Source: a virus (lineage: Duplodnaviria; Caudoviricetes). From it: a stretch of DNA of 64,000 bases. The notes under the pieces are model-generated. The model made no database searches and was not told where the DNA came from. It saw nothing but the letters and a program-made list of their open reading frames with translations. Each line of letters begins with the position of its first letter. The first letter of the stretch is position 1. The stretch is from positions 1 through 64,000 of the IMG/VR virus record IMGVR_UViG_3300020576_004226, one strand, 5' to 3'. Of the stretch, positions 18,964-28,384 are shown in pieces. The position numbers were made by a program, and so were the translations under genes.

Positions 18964-19190
18964 CCTCGTACGAGCGCATAGAGGGGGACACAAGAGGGGA
19001 GACTATAGAGGGGAGATTTGGGGGTGTCAACATTGACAACATTGTCCAATGGAATTAACAACAACCTCCGGTGGTCTAAGAGGACAAAAGTCCTCTTAGA
19101 AATCACCTTGGTAAAGCCGCACCTTCATCAAGTTTTCTGACAATTCCCAGCTTCAAGAATTTTTGCTTTGCTCCTCTCTCGTACGCATCT
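18964..19190. other. Structured non-coding element (G tracts, palindromes, hairpin)
   Basis: Four G4-5 runs at 18983-19024; tgtcaa-ca-ttgaca; ctaagaggac-aaaa-gtcctcttag. Confidence 0.5.
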
Positions 19191-19254
19191 ATGGATAGTA
19201 TGCCAAATTTTGGCTTCCTGTTTTCTGACGACTCGGTTCAGCGTTCTTCTGTGT

Positions 19255-19536
19255 ATGGAACAGCAACAACAAATTCAACAAATACGGAAAATTGTTAGGA
19301 CGCTGAATAAAGCGTTCAACCGCAATCATTTCTACAAAACAGCGATGGCTCCGTTCAAAGGAGTGCTGACAGCCGAAAGAGGTTGGTTGATATTGTGCGA
19401 CGATCATTACACGTGGTCTGACAACCCGAGGTTCAAAGCAGTAAGGCGGCTTACCGCTGTGTTTGATTATCCGTTTCAATTCGAGTTTGAAGGTATGAAA
19501 ACCATAAGACTCACCAAAACATTACTTGTAAAATGA
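19255..19536 (+). CDS. Hypothetical protein
   Basis: ORF from ATG 19255, coupled to the next gene. Confidence 0.45.
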   Translation: MEQQQQIQQIRKIVRTLNKAFNRNHFYKTAMAPFKGVLTAERGWLILCDDHYTWSDNPRFKAVRRLTAVFDYPFQFEFEGMKTIRLTKTLLVK

Positions 19537-20000
19537 ACATATTTTTTCTTGACGAACAACCTTCAAAGGCCGCTGAATACCATTGCGATAAACATGTTGT
19601 TAAGATGATATTGGAAACAGCACAGATTGTGTCAACAGTGTACGAAAGGTATGGCAAACACCACGATGGTCTTTTGAAGCCTTGTTTCCGTAATCACCCA
19701 TGCACGCTTTGGGCTGGCAATAGCAGACAAAATCTGCAATGGCTGGTAAGCCTTGGTATCGAATTGAACAAGCAGTATATGCAGCGATACAAAAGGGAGC
19801 ATAAATACCTCGAAATGTTCCTTGAACTCGGCTCGTTGAAACATGAGTTCATGCCAGATAATGGGTTCACAAAACCCGCTCTCGCTATGCCGCCCGAATG
19901 TCAAATGGTTGACGCTGTGGAAAGTTACAGGCTGTATTACATGACCAACAAGAGGCACATAGTTAGTTGGAAAAACGGTACACCATCATGGTATATTTGA
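19533..20000 (+). CDS. Pyrimidine-dimer DNA glycosylase (DenV/endonuclease V-like family)
   Basis: MNIFFLD...DKHVVKMILETAQ...NHPCTLWA...YRLYY signature. Confidence 0.8.
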   Translation: MNIFFLDEQPSKAAEYHCDKHVVKMILETAQIVSTVYERYGKHHDGLLKPCFRNHPCTLWAGNSRQNLQWLVSLGIELNKQYMQRYKREHKYLEMFLELGSLKHEFMPDNGFTKPALAMPPECQMVDAVESYRLYYMTNKRHIVSWKNGTPSWYI

Positions 20001-20293
20001 TACACTTCGATGAGCCTTTCAAACATGCTTGCCACTACATAGGCTTTTCTCAGACTCCGGCTTGCATGGAAAGAAGGATTGAGCACCACCGGAGCGGCTG
20101 TGGCTCGAGAATCATGAGGGCAGTGACGGAAGCAGGCATTGGCTGGAATGTGGTAAGGGTTTGGGAGGAAGGCGACCGGACATTTGAACGCAAATTAAAA
20201 AACAGAAAGAATTCAAAACAACTTTGTCCAATATGTTCACAAAAAGAATCAACATCGACGGCCAAACTTACTTGTTCAACGGAACACTTGTAA
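19988..20293 (+). CDS. Small GIY-YIG-like nuclease
   Basis: VYLIHF...HYIGFS...RIEHHRSG...ERKLK...LCPIC. Confidence 0.7.
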   Translation: MVYLIHFDEPFKHACHYIGFSQTPACMERRIEHHRSGCGSRIMRAVTEAGIGWNVVRVWEEGDRTFERKLKNRKNSKQLCPICSQKESTSTAKLTCSTEHL

Positions 20294-20709
20294 AAGGCGA
20301 AGAACACCCCAACGGCCATTGGTACTCAATGGATTTTTCCTTGCGCTTCAATTGCATTTTATCAAACCAGCAAGTGCAATTCGTTTTGAATAATCCTGGG
20401 ATGTTCGAGGCGTGCAAAAGAATGGTTGTTAAGAAAGACGAATTGGCGTTCACAATATACAAGGAGAGTATTGTTTCAATTGATTTCATTGTCGACGACC
20501 CAGGCGAACCGTCTGTAGGGCTTTTCCCAGCTCAAACCAATGTGTCAATTTTGATATCTCCTTCCGAACCAGCTGCCATTGACGAGGAGGTGACTGACTT
20601 TTGGCGCCAATCTGTTGCTGACTTTCTTGATGCTCCAGGTTGTGTTCAGACAGTGTCAGAGTTTAATCTTGAACAAGAGCGAATATCAAAATTCGAATCC
20701 GAACAATAA
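20233..20709 (+). CDS. Hypothetical protein
   Basis: ORF from ATG 20233. Confidence 0.55.
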   Translation: MFTKRINIDGQTYLFNGTLVKGEEHPNGHWYSMDFSLRFNCILSNQQVQFVLNNPGMFEACKRMVVKKDELAFTIYKESIVSIDFIVDDPGEPSVGLFPAQTNVSILISPSEPAAIDEEVTDFWRQSVADFLDAPGCVQTVSEFNLEQERISKFESEQ

Positions 20710-20726
20710 AATTTTTCAACAAAATT

Positions 20727-21137
20727 ATGGAAGACTTTTTCAACAAACTCTCCGACGCCTACAAAAGCGGTCAAAACCCGCTCGCAGCATTTCTTTCTGC
20801 TGGAGCACCCGCAGCAGCCCCTGCTCCTCAAACAGTGAGAGGCTGGTTCGAAGAATGGCTTTACAATCAAGGCATTTTCGAGACCCAAGCGAAACAAATT
20901 ATGGAATATGTCATTCCAAAGGTGGACGAGCAAATGCAAGCCCAAGCAACAGAAGGCTCCACTGGCTACAAGATCACTTGGGATCGTCCATCGAGCGAAT
21001 ATCCTGTCGCATTCTATGGTGTCTTGATAATGACGCACAAAATTAAGCAGCATGTATTCGATTGGGCAGAAGAGAATATGCCGCTCGCTTGGTGGAAGCC
21101 AATGTTTGACCCCAACTTCAAAATGCCTGAGCAATAA
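20727..21137 (+). CDS. Hypothetical protein
   Basis: 136-aa ORF. Confidence 0.6.
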   Translation: MEDFFNKLSDAYKSGQNPLAAFLSAGAPAAAPAPQTVRGWFEEWLYNQGIFETQAKQIMEYVIPKVDEQMQAQATEGSTGYKITWDRPSSEYPVAFYGVLIMTHKIKQHVFDWAEENMPLAWWKPMFDPNFKMPEQ

Positions 21138-21169
21138 CAAAACATTAAATACTCAATTCGATTTCAATC

Positions 21170-21535
21170 ATGAAAAAACTCGGAACTTTCATCGCAACTT
21201 TTTGCCTCCTCTTGGTTTGTCAGTCATTCTCCCAGAATGCCACTAACAGCAAGGGCTACACCGAACAAACAGCAACACTCATAGTGTTCGAAATTGAAAA
21301 AGATCACAAGACATTGCTCGTTGGGGACGGGCTTTCACCACTGTACTGGCGTTTCAGAGTGCCTGATTCCAAATGGGATGCTGTCGATGGATTCATCAAA
21401 GAAGAAGACCAGGTTTGCCTGACTTGGATTGGTCCGGAACTTTCTGACCCGGCTTCCTTGGCTACTTCGGATGAATACAATGGGCTTTGCGTTCTAAGGG
21501 GAATCACAGTATTCAAACCCGTGAAGTTGTTTTAA
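21170..21535 (+). CDS. Exported protein with signal peptide
   Basis: MKKLGTFIATFCLLLVCQSFSQ is a Sec-type leader. Confidence 0.65.
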   Translation: MKKLGTFIATFCLLLVCQSFSQNATNSKGYTEQTATLIVFEIEKDHKTLLVGDGLSPLYWRFRVPDSKWDAVDGFIKEEDQVCLTWIGPELSDPASLATSDEYNGLCVLRGITVFKPVKLF

Positions 21536-21738
21536 TAAATTGAATCAAACGAGTGCCGGCTGTAATGCCTGCTAAAGCCCTTGCAAGTTGAGAAGCGCAA
21601 TCACTCAACTCGGGAAAAGGTTGGGGAAGAAGAGCCCAACCCGCTCAAGAACCGCTGCCGAGTCATTATCCACCATCAGATTATGAACCACTACTCGAAA
21701 ATGATGATCCACTTTATCAGAATCGAAATTATCCAAAC

Positions 21739-21972
21739 ATGAGTCATTTACCACCCGTCGTCAAGAGGCGCCAATTTCATCCGGTAGTTTGGTCAGAAGT
21801 CACAATTCACTTTTCCAATGATCTGCACGTATCGTCAAACCAAGTTCAGAAAAGAAAAGTTTTCACAAAGCAGCAATGCACAATAACAGAAGCCGTTATT
21901 GCTCTTGTGAAACAGGAAAAAGGGAAAGATGTTAGATTTTGGCCGACCGGGAAGAGCGTGTTTGTAAAGTAA
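21739..21972 (+). CDS. Hypothetical protein
   Basis: 77-aa ORF followed by a terminator. Confidence 0.5.
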   Translation: MSHLPPVVKRRQFHPVVWSEVTIHFSNDLHVSSNQVQKRKVFTKQQCTITEAVIALVKQEKGKDVRFWPTGKSVFVK

Positions 21973-21995
21973 ATACAAATCTCTGACTTCAATTA

Positions 21996-22038
21996 AGCCG
22001 TGGCGTGTTGCAGTGAAGCGCATTCCACGGCTATTTTT
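21996..22038 (+). terminator. Intrinsic terminator
   Basis: agccgtgg...ccacggct followed by attttt. Confidence 0.65.
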
Positions 22039-22056
22039 ATTCAAAACAATTTGGCG

Positions 22057-23532
22057 ATGAAACATTCTGTTTACCAGAATTTGATATTTAATTTCGTGAA
22101 GTACTCCGAAGCGAATGCGGTTGTAGAAGCCGTTGCTGGCTCAGGCAAGACGACTACAGCTGTGCACGCTATGAGGCATGTGCCTTCATACATGAACATT
22201 CTGTTCGCCGCTTTCAATAAGTCAATTGTTGAGGAACTTGAAAGAAGGGTGCCAGAAGGAGTGACTGTCAAGACTATGCACTCGCTTGGCTGGAGTGCAA
22301 TGAAGCGCCATTACGGTGGCGATATACAGTTGGTTGAGCGAAAGTCGTTCTCGCACGCAGAGAAGTTGTTCTACAAGATGCGAAGGGAGAAGTGGTACTG
22401 GGGCTACCTTCACAACATAATGAAGTTGGCCGATATTGTGCGACAAAACGTGGAATTTGATGAGCAGACTATTGAGGAAGCAATGGACAAGCATGCCATA
22501 AGCATTTTGACCGGAGACGAGCCTCTTCACGTAATGCAGTTGATAAAGAGTATGTGTGGTGATTTGGATGTATTTGATTTCACTGACATGATATTCTTCC
22601 CAGCGATCAACCCGGATATCAGAATGCCCAAGTTTGATTTTGTATTTATTGACGAGTTGCAAGACCTCAACCGAGCGCAACAAGTCATGATAGAGCGCAT
22701 GTTCAACAAGAAGAGCAGGTTCATAGGCGTGGGCGACTCGAGGCAAGCAATCTACGGCTTTCGAGGCAGCGACGAGCAGTCCTTCACCCGCTTCCGGCAG
22801 ATGCCTAACACCTCTGGCTTGCCGCTTTCCATTTGTTACAGATGTGGAAAGGCTATTGTTGAAGAGGCCAAACTCATTGTGCCACAAATACAATGGTATC
22901 CATTCCAAGAGGATGGCAAGGTTAGGACAGGGACAGTCGATGAGATAACAGGAGGCGATTGGGTTATTTGCAGAAATACAAAGCCGCTCGTCGTTCTCGC
23001 TTTCATTCTGATATCGGATGGAAAGAAGGCGAAAATCAAGGGGAAGGAGATTGGGGAGAACATAATAGCGTTGTTGCAGTCGACAGGAGTAAATATGCAA
23101 TCGGTAGCATTGCGCATATTGAAATCAAAAAGGGATCAACTATTACTTCAATATCGGGATCATTACAAAATGGAAAAACCCGAGTTGCACCCAAAGGTAA
23201 TTTCGTTGGAAGAGAACATAGGAGTCATTGAATTCCTGTTCGACAAAATGGGTGGGGACGTGCGAAGAGTCATCAAGTTCTTGCAAGAAACTTTTTCTGA
23301 TGACCACGCCGACATTATGCTTTCCACAATACATAAAGCAAAAGGGCTTGAGAATGACAGGGTTTTCTTCCTGCGTCCTGACCTCATACCGAGCCGCTAC
23401 GCTGTTAACGCTTGGCAAAAAGAACAGGAAGAAAATCTGAAATATGTAGCAATCACGAGGGCTAAAAAGGAACTTGTTTACGTTCATGATTTCCCTTATG
23501 AGCAACTTTCAAAAATGATACTCAATACGTGA
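22057..23532 (+). CDS. SF1 UvrD/Rep-like helicase
   Basis: EAVAGSGKTT; FIDELQDLN; VGDSRQAIYGFRGS; LSICYRCG; STIHKAKGLE; YVAITRAK. Confidence 0.92.
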   Translation: MKHSVYQNLIFNFVKYSEANAVVEAVAGSGKTTTAVHAMRHVPSYMNILFAAFNKSIVEELERRVPEGVTVKTMHSLGWSAMKRHYGGDIQLVERKSFSHAEKLFYKMRREKWYWGYLHNIMKLADIVRQNVEFDEQTIEEAMDKHAISILTGDEPLHVMQLIKSMCGDLDVFDFTDMIFFPAINPDIRMPKFDFVFIDELQDLNRAQQVMIERMFNKKSRFIGVGDSRQAIYGFRGSDEQSFTRFRQMPNTSGLPLSICYRCGKAIVEEAKLIVPQIQWYPFQEDGKVRTGTVDEITGGDWVICRNTKPLVVLAFILISDGKKAKIKGKEIGENIIALLQSTGVNMQSVALRILKSKRDQLLLQYRDHYKMEKPELHPKVISLEENIGVIEFLFDKMGGDVRRVIKFLQETFSDDHADIMLSTIHKAKGLENDRVFFLRPDLIPSRYAVNAWQKEQEENLKYVAITRAKKELVYVHDFPYEQLSKMILNT

Positions 23533-23993
23533 TGGATAACATCGAAAAAATACAACAAGAAATTCAAGAGGCCGCTTCCCGTTTCAGGGAGGTTGTCGAC
23601 CGTCACGGTGTAAGGTCGTTTTTGTTTGTTATGATGCCCGGTACTGTCCAGAGGTTTTATGATTCCAACCTTTGGCCTGGAGACCCTGCGTTCCACTATT
23701 TGAGTCAGGCCGTCGCCACCGACGCAACTTTGAAGCAAGAGTACGACCGTTGGAAGCATCAAGTCATTGGCAATCAGATGCCTTTCATGGTTATATGCAC
23801 AAACAACATAGAGCAGGAATCTTGTTTGAAGTTGCACAAGCGTTATTGTGTTGTTAGCGTTTTGCGAGCGGTTGACGGATATTGTTTTGTGCTGACAGAC
23901 GAATTTGGGAAACACATAAGGCCACCCGAAGGTCATTCTGGCTTTCACTCCAGCCGATTCCAGCCTGATATAATTACAATGAGCAACAATTGA
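23529..23993 (+). CDS. Hypothetical protein
   Basis: Coupled ORF. Confidence 0.5.
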   Translation: MMDNIEKIQQEIQEAASRFREVVDRHGVRSFLFVMMPGTVQRFYDSNLWPGDPAFHYLSQAVATDATLKQEYDRWKHQVIGNQMPFMVICTNNIEQESCLKLHKRYCVVSVLRAVDGYCFVLTDEFGKHIRPPEGHSGFHSSRFQPDIITMSNN

Positions 23994-23994
23994 T

Positions 23995-24438
23995 ATGGCT
24001 TCTGAATTGAAAATATGGTTTGACGGAGCATGCCACAATGCCAAAGGTGCATTGACTCCTATGGGAGTCGGGCTTGTAATAAAGATGGATGATGAAACGA
24101 TTGTTGAGATGGGGTATGCTCCTCCGTTGCTTGGCACAAGTAACGTGGCAGAATGGATTGGTTGTTACTTAGCAATAACAAGAGCCATCGAATTAGTTGA
24201 AAAACACCACATTCGTTCAATAGAAATATTCTCGGATAGCCTCTTGATTGTTTCTCAGATGAACGGGCAATTTGAAGTAAGGAGTGAACAGTTGCGCCCA
24301 TACTTCGATATTTGCACAACACTATTCAAGAAAATAAAGAAATTTTCAACCATAACTCACGTGAGAAGGGAGTTCAACAAGGAAGCCGACGTACAAAGCA
24401 AAATCGGCTTGCGGAACAGCCTGTATCACCTAAACTAA
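23995..24438 (+). CDS. Ribonuclease HI
   Basis: WFDGAC; TSNVAEW; IFSDSLLIVSQMNGQF; HVRREFNKEAD. Confidence 0.9.
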   Translation: MASELKIWFDGACHNAKGALTPMGVGLVIKMDDETIVEMGYAPPLLGTSNVAEWIGCYLAITRAIELVEKHHIRSIEIFSDSLLIVSQMNGQFEVRSEQLRPYFDICTTLFKKIKKFSTITHVRREFNKEADVQSKIGLRNSLYHLN

Positions 24439-24443
24439 AGGTC

Positions 24444-25439
24444 ATGAAGTTTTTTACTCAATTCTCCCGCTTCTGCTCAATGTTCGCTCTTTTTACGCTT
24501 ACGTCGTTTTTTGCAGAAAGCAATGTCAACTCTGGCTTCGCCAACTTCGATGAACTCGAGCAAATCGAGGCTGACTCTGTTGAATCAGAAGCAGCTGAAG
24601 TAAAAGGGTTTTTCGCTCCACCTGCTTGGTTGTTCCAAGAAGAGGACGCGAGTCAGGCCAAAGAAGTCGCTTTGAGCGTACTGCCTGGTTCTTTGAAGAA
24701 GAAGGCCGAAAAGATGTCGGCTTCCGACTTCCTAACAATTGACCAATTGGTTAAATACGGGAAGGGTAATTTCCCCAAAACTGAATGGAACATTTTCCGA
24801 TTTGAAGTTTGGCAAATAGCCGAGCGTACCAAGCAAAAATACAATGTTGGTTGCTCTGCTTATCAAATGTATGATTGGATGATGAAAACCTTTCGCTTGG
24901 AAAGCGGCTTCCGTTCTGACATCAAGACCCCACTCGGCTCTGCTGCTGGGTTGTTCCAGTGTACAAAGGGCAACCGGGACAAACTTGGCTTTCCGAAGAA
25001 CTGGCGAGACCTTTCTCCGCTCCAGCAATTACCTTGGTATCAAGTTTATTTGTGGCGTGCGCTCGACAACTTGAATTGCCCTGAGATTAAGGACAGATGC
25101 GACTTCTACATGATCAATTTCATGCCAGCCTTCGCCGACAAATCTGATAATTCAAGACTGGCTTCCGCTTGCGGAGGAACTTGTAAAAAGTTCCATCGGA
25201 GCAAGAAGTTCTACTGTGCGTATCATGCCAACACCGCATTTGACTTGAACAAAGATGGACGCATATTCAAATACGAGGTAGCTGCGCTCTTGACAAAGAA
25301 ATTCACACCCGGTACAAAGCATTATTTGGGTGCTATCTTTCCCTTGTTAAACAACGTCAAAGTTTCAGTAAACAACGAGCACATTGATATGCTCGCGTTT
25401 GCACTCAAGATGCCGTTAACAAATTGTCAATCGCTATGA
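24444..25439 (+). CDS. Exported lytic transglycosylase (SLT/lysozyme-like fold)
   Basis: Hydrophobic N-terminal leader; FRLESGF catalytic Glu; AAGLFQ; QQL..YQVYL; DLNKDGRI. Confidence 0.7.
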   Translation: MKFFTQFSRFCSMFALFTLTSFFAESNVNSGFANFDELEQIEADSVESEAAEVKGFFAPPAWLFQEEDASQAKEVALSVLPGSLKKKAEKMSASDFLTIDQLVKYGKGNFPKTEWNIFRFEVWQIAERTKQKYNVGCSAYQMYDWMMKTFRLESGFRSDIKTPLGSAAGLFQCTKGNRDKLGFPKNWRDLSPLQQLPWYQVYLWRALDNLNCPEIKDRCDFYMINFMPAFADKSDNSRLASACGGTCKKFHRSKKFYCAYHANTAFDLNKDGRIFKYEVAALLTKKFTPGTKHYLGAIFPLLNNVKVSVNNEHIDMLAFALKMPLTNCQSL

Positions 25440-25765
25440 ATTCGTTGAAGAGACCTTGCTCAAAATGCCCTTTCCGTAAGGATTGTTTGAAGGGATGGTT
25501 GGGCAAGGCTCGGATGCAAGAGATTTGCGATGAAACAATCAACGGCGACGAATATTTCATATGCCACGAGACAACTGATTTGCCTGCGAGAAAGCAAAGG
25601 CTTTGCGCTGGAAAGTTGCTGCTCGAAAGCAAGGCAAACCCATACGGCAACAAGTCCACACGAATGGCAGTTGCATTTGGTTTTCTTCCTGGAGGATATG
25701 AATTTCTTGAAGGTGAAGAACTAATTTTTGACACGGTTGAAGAAGCCGTTAAACATCATTCTTGA
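25436..25765 (+). CDS. Cys-rich hypothetical protein
   Basis: PCSKCPFRKD, FICHET and LCAG motifs. Confidence 0.6.
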   Translation: MNSLKRPCSKCPFRKDCLKGWLGKARMQEICDETINGDEYFICHETTDLPARKQRLCAGKLLLESKANPYGNKSTRMAVAFGFLPGGYEFLEGEELIFDTVEEAVKHHS

Positions 25766-26277
25766 TGTATGTTTACAAAACCGTTTGTTTAGTAAACGGA
25801 AAAATTTACATAGGACAATGCTGCAATTCTCCGGAGCGTTCAAGTAACTACTTGGGTAGCGGAGTATCCATTTCCAATGCAATAAGGCTATATGGTAAAC
25901 AAAATTTTGTAAAAGAAATTTTGGTAAGAGACGTCCCAGGTCAAAAGCAACTTGATATACTCGAGCAAATTTACATAAAGAAATTTGGCTCTTGTAATCG
26001 TTCAATTGGGTATAATATTCTTCCTGGTAGCGCAAATGGATTTAGAGAAAACCCGGCTCGCTTGGAACATTCAAAGATTGCGGTTGCTGAATCAAATAGG
26101 AGAAGGAAATATGACGGTTCTGAAATGAGCGAACGTTTGAAGGGAAAACCAAAAACTGAAGAACACAAAGACAAAATACGTATGTCTTTGATAGGATCAA
26201 AGTTTTCTGAACAAAGGAAACAAAACATAAGTATCGCAAAAAAGAAATATCATGAAAGACTTGAACGAAAAGTTTGA
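25765..26277 (+). mobile_element. Free-standing GIY-YIG homing endonuclease with NUMOD3-like repeats
   Basis: YVYKTVCLVNGKIYIGQ; YLGSG; GYNI; GKPKTEEHKDKIRMSLIG; visibly AT-richer than its flanks. Confidence 0.82.
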
Positions 26278-27337
26278 CCTCTCCAAAAAGTTGAGCGACA
26301 AAAGACTTCGCCAATTTGCAACAATATTGCTCGGCATTCAAGAGAAGTTGGATTTCAAAGTGTCTTCAAGGGGCTGGGCGTATCAATTAGAACAACTCCG
26401 GTGGATTAACAAAGACCAATTCGACAAGGTTGAAGAGGCAATAAACACTGCGCGTAAACGCGGCTATCTTCCCGTTGACTTTGTCGCTGAAGAGGCTGCT
26501 CGCCAATTTTCCGGTGTAGAAATTCCTTCTACTGGAGAGCCGAGGGATATTGTACCACGCTTCCTGCATGGCATCATCGACGGCTGGAGATACTTCACTC
26601 CAGAGTGGTGGGAAGGTGAAGAATACTACATCCAAGTTGTGGTAGAAAAGATTGACTTGAAGACTCTGTTTGAACCAGTTTGTCACTCATTCCATATTCC
26701 CATCGCAAACAGCAAAGGTTGGAGCAGTGTATTACAAAGAGCGGAGTACGCTCGGCGATTCAAGCAGGCAGAAGACATGGGTTTGAAATGTGTACTTTTG
26801 TATTGCGGAGACCACGACCCTGATGGCTTGCGTATCAGCGATACCCTGCGCAAGAACCTTTCTGATTTGAGCGATATTGTTTGGGGAGACGGCACGCTCG
26901 GGTACAACCCGGAGAATTTGATCGTTGACCGCTTTGGGCTCAACCTGGATTTCATAAACGAGAACAAATTGACCTGGATTGATAATCTCATTACAGGCTC
27001 AGGAAAGGATTTGAATGATCCAAAGCACCCAAACTACGACCTGGCGTATTTGAAAGAATACAAGAAGGCAATTGGCATCCGGAAATGCGAAGCGAATGCT
27101 ATTGTGGTCATTCCAGAAGCCGCTCGGGAAATGATGAGACAGGTCATTCTCAGCTACTTGGGTGACGACGCTCCCGACCGTTTCAGAGCGAAGGTTCTGG
27201 AGGTTCGCACTGCTTATGATAAGTTCATTGAGGAAAGCGGTTTGGGCAACTCGGTAAGGGCTGCGCTCAAATTGTTTGATTCCAAAAATATTGCAGAAGA
27301 TGATAGCAACGACGATTCAACCTTACCATCTGAATAA
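26252..27337 (+). CDS. TOPRIM-domain protein (TopoVI-A/JetD-like)
   Basis: QVVVEKIDL; KGWSS; LLYCGDHDPDGLRI DxD motif; RFGLN; CEANA. Confidence 0.65.
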   Translation: MKDLNEKFDLSKKLSDKRLRQFATILLGIQEKLDFKVSSRGWAYQLEQLRWINKDQFDKVEEAINTARKRGYLPVDFVAEEAARQFSGVEIPSTGEPRDIVPRFLHGIIDGWRYFTPEWWEGEEYYIQVVVEKIDLKTLFEPVCHSFHIPIANSKGWSSVLQRAEYARRFKQAEDMGLKCVLLYCGDHDPDGLRISDTLRKNLSDLSDIVWGDGTLGYNPENLIVDRFGLNLDFINENKLTWIDNLITGSGKDLNDPKHPNYDLAYLKEYKKAIGIRKCEANAIVVIPEAAREMMRQVILSYLGDDAPDRFRAKVLEVRTAYDKFIEESGLGNSVRAALKLFDSKNIAEDDSNDDSTLPSE

Positions 27338-27347
27338 GTTGGATGAC

Positions 27348-27620
27348 ATGTTCCTTGAATACATAAGGGAGCGCCACGTAAGGATACAAGCAAGACTTCA
27401 AGAATTGATTGATTCAAACGGCATAAGAGTTAATCTGTCAGAAGTTGACTTGAACAAGCCAGAAGAGGCCAAGAATGTTCTCAAAGAGATGGGAGTAGAA
27501 TTGATACAAGAAACTCACACTCATACTTTTCCTCACACCGAGATTTGGAAGATTAAGAAGGACGGCGAAGTCGTTGGTTCCTTCAAAGTTGACCAATACG
27601 GAATTGTAACAGACATATGA
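27348..27620 (+). CDS. Hypothetical protein
   Basis: ORF from ATG 27348. Confidence 0.5.
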   Translation: MFLEYIRERHVRIQARLQELIDSNGIRVNLSEVDLNKPEEAKNVLKEMGVELIQETHTHTFPHTEIWKIKKDGEVVGSFKVDQYGIVTDI

Positions 27621-28156
27621 AATACGCAATTCAAACAGAGGACGGCAAATCGCTCGGGCTTGCCATCGAGGATACCCGTTACGTAAACAACGAGGGCTTC
27701 CGCTGGTTCGGAATGAAGTTGTTGCTTGGGGTGTTCGCCGTCCATTTTGTCATTGTATTCCTTGGGCTGTATTTAGCGGGTTTTTACGCTGATATTCCTG
27801 GATACCAAGGCTTGGCTAAATTGATATTGTTTGTTGTTCCGGGTATGTCGTTGTTGCTCGGTGGGGTTGAGTTGATATTCATTATGATTCTGGCTTGGGA
27901 ATTGAAGACGTCAAATCATCTTGATATTGTGTTAGTCGAAATGTACACTCTGCCGGAAGATTTTCAAGACGAGGACTTCGAACGATTGATTTCCGAAGTT
28001 GACCCGGTTGAGGCTTCCTTCCCAGTGAAACAGTGCATGACATTCATAGAGCAATCAGACAAGTTTGATTCAGTAAAATATGAATATGAGACAATAGGCT
28101 TGGCTTTCGCTGGTGGCAAAATGACTTACAAAGAATTCAGGCAAAAGGGTTGCTGA
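27617..28156 (+). CDS. Membrane protein
   Basis: Two long hydrophobic segments. Confidence 0.6.
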   Translation: MKYAIQTEDGKSLGLAIEDTRYVNNEGFRWFGMKLLLGVFAVHFVIVFLGLYLAGFYADIPGYQGLAKLILFVVPGMSLLLGGVELIFIMILAWELKTSNHLDIVLVEMYTLPEDFQDEDFERLISEVDPVEASFPVKQCMTFIEQSDKFDSVKYEYETIGLAFAGGKMTYKEFRQKGC

Positions 28157-28192
28157 AATAGCCTTGCGCGTTGGATACAAAGGACATCAGCA

Positions 28193-28384
28193 ATGGAACA
28201 CATAATGATTGAAATAGTTTGCTTACTTCTTTGGGCGACCGGATTCGGCTTCTCATACAGAGTCGAGCAGCATGAAATTATCCTTCAAAGGAATTGGGCT
28301 TTCTTCTTGAAGATGAACGCTTACCTATGGCCTATCACAATTCTCATTTACGCACTCCGGTGCAGACTCGAAATGATGCTATGA
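28193..28384 (+). CDS. Small membrane protein
   Basis: Hydrophobic 63-aa ORF coupled to the next gene. Confidence 0.4.
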   Translation: MEHIMIEIVCLLLWATGFGFSYRVEQHEIILQRNWAFFLKMNAYLWPITILIYALRCRLEMML

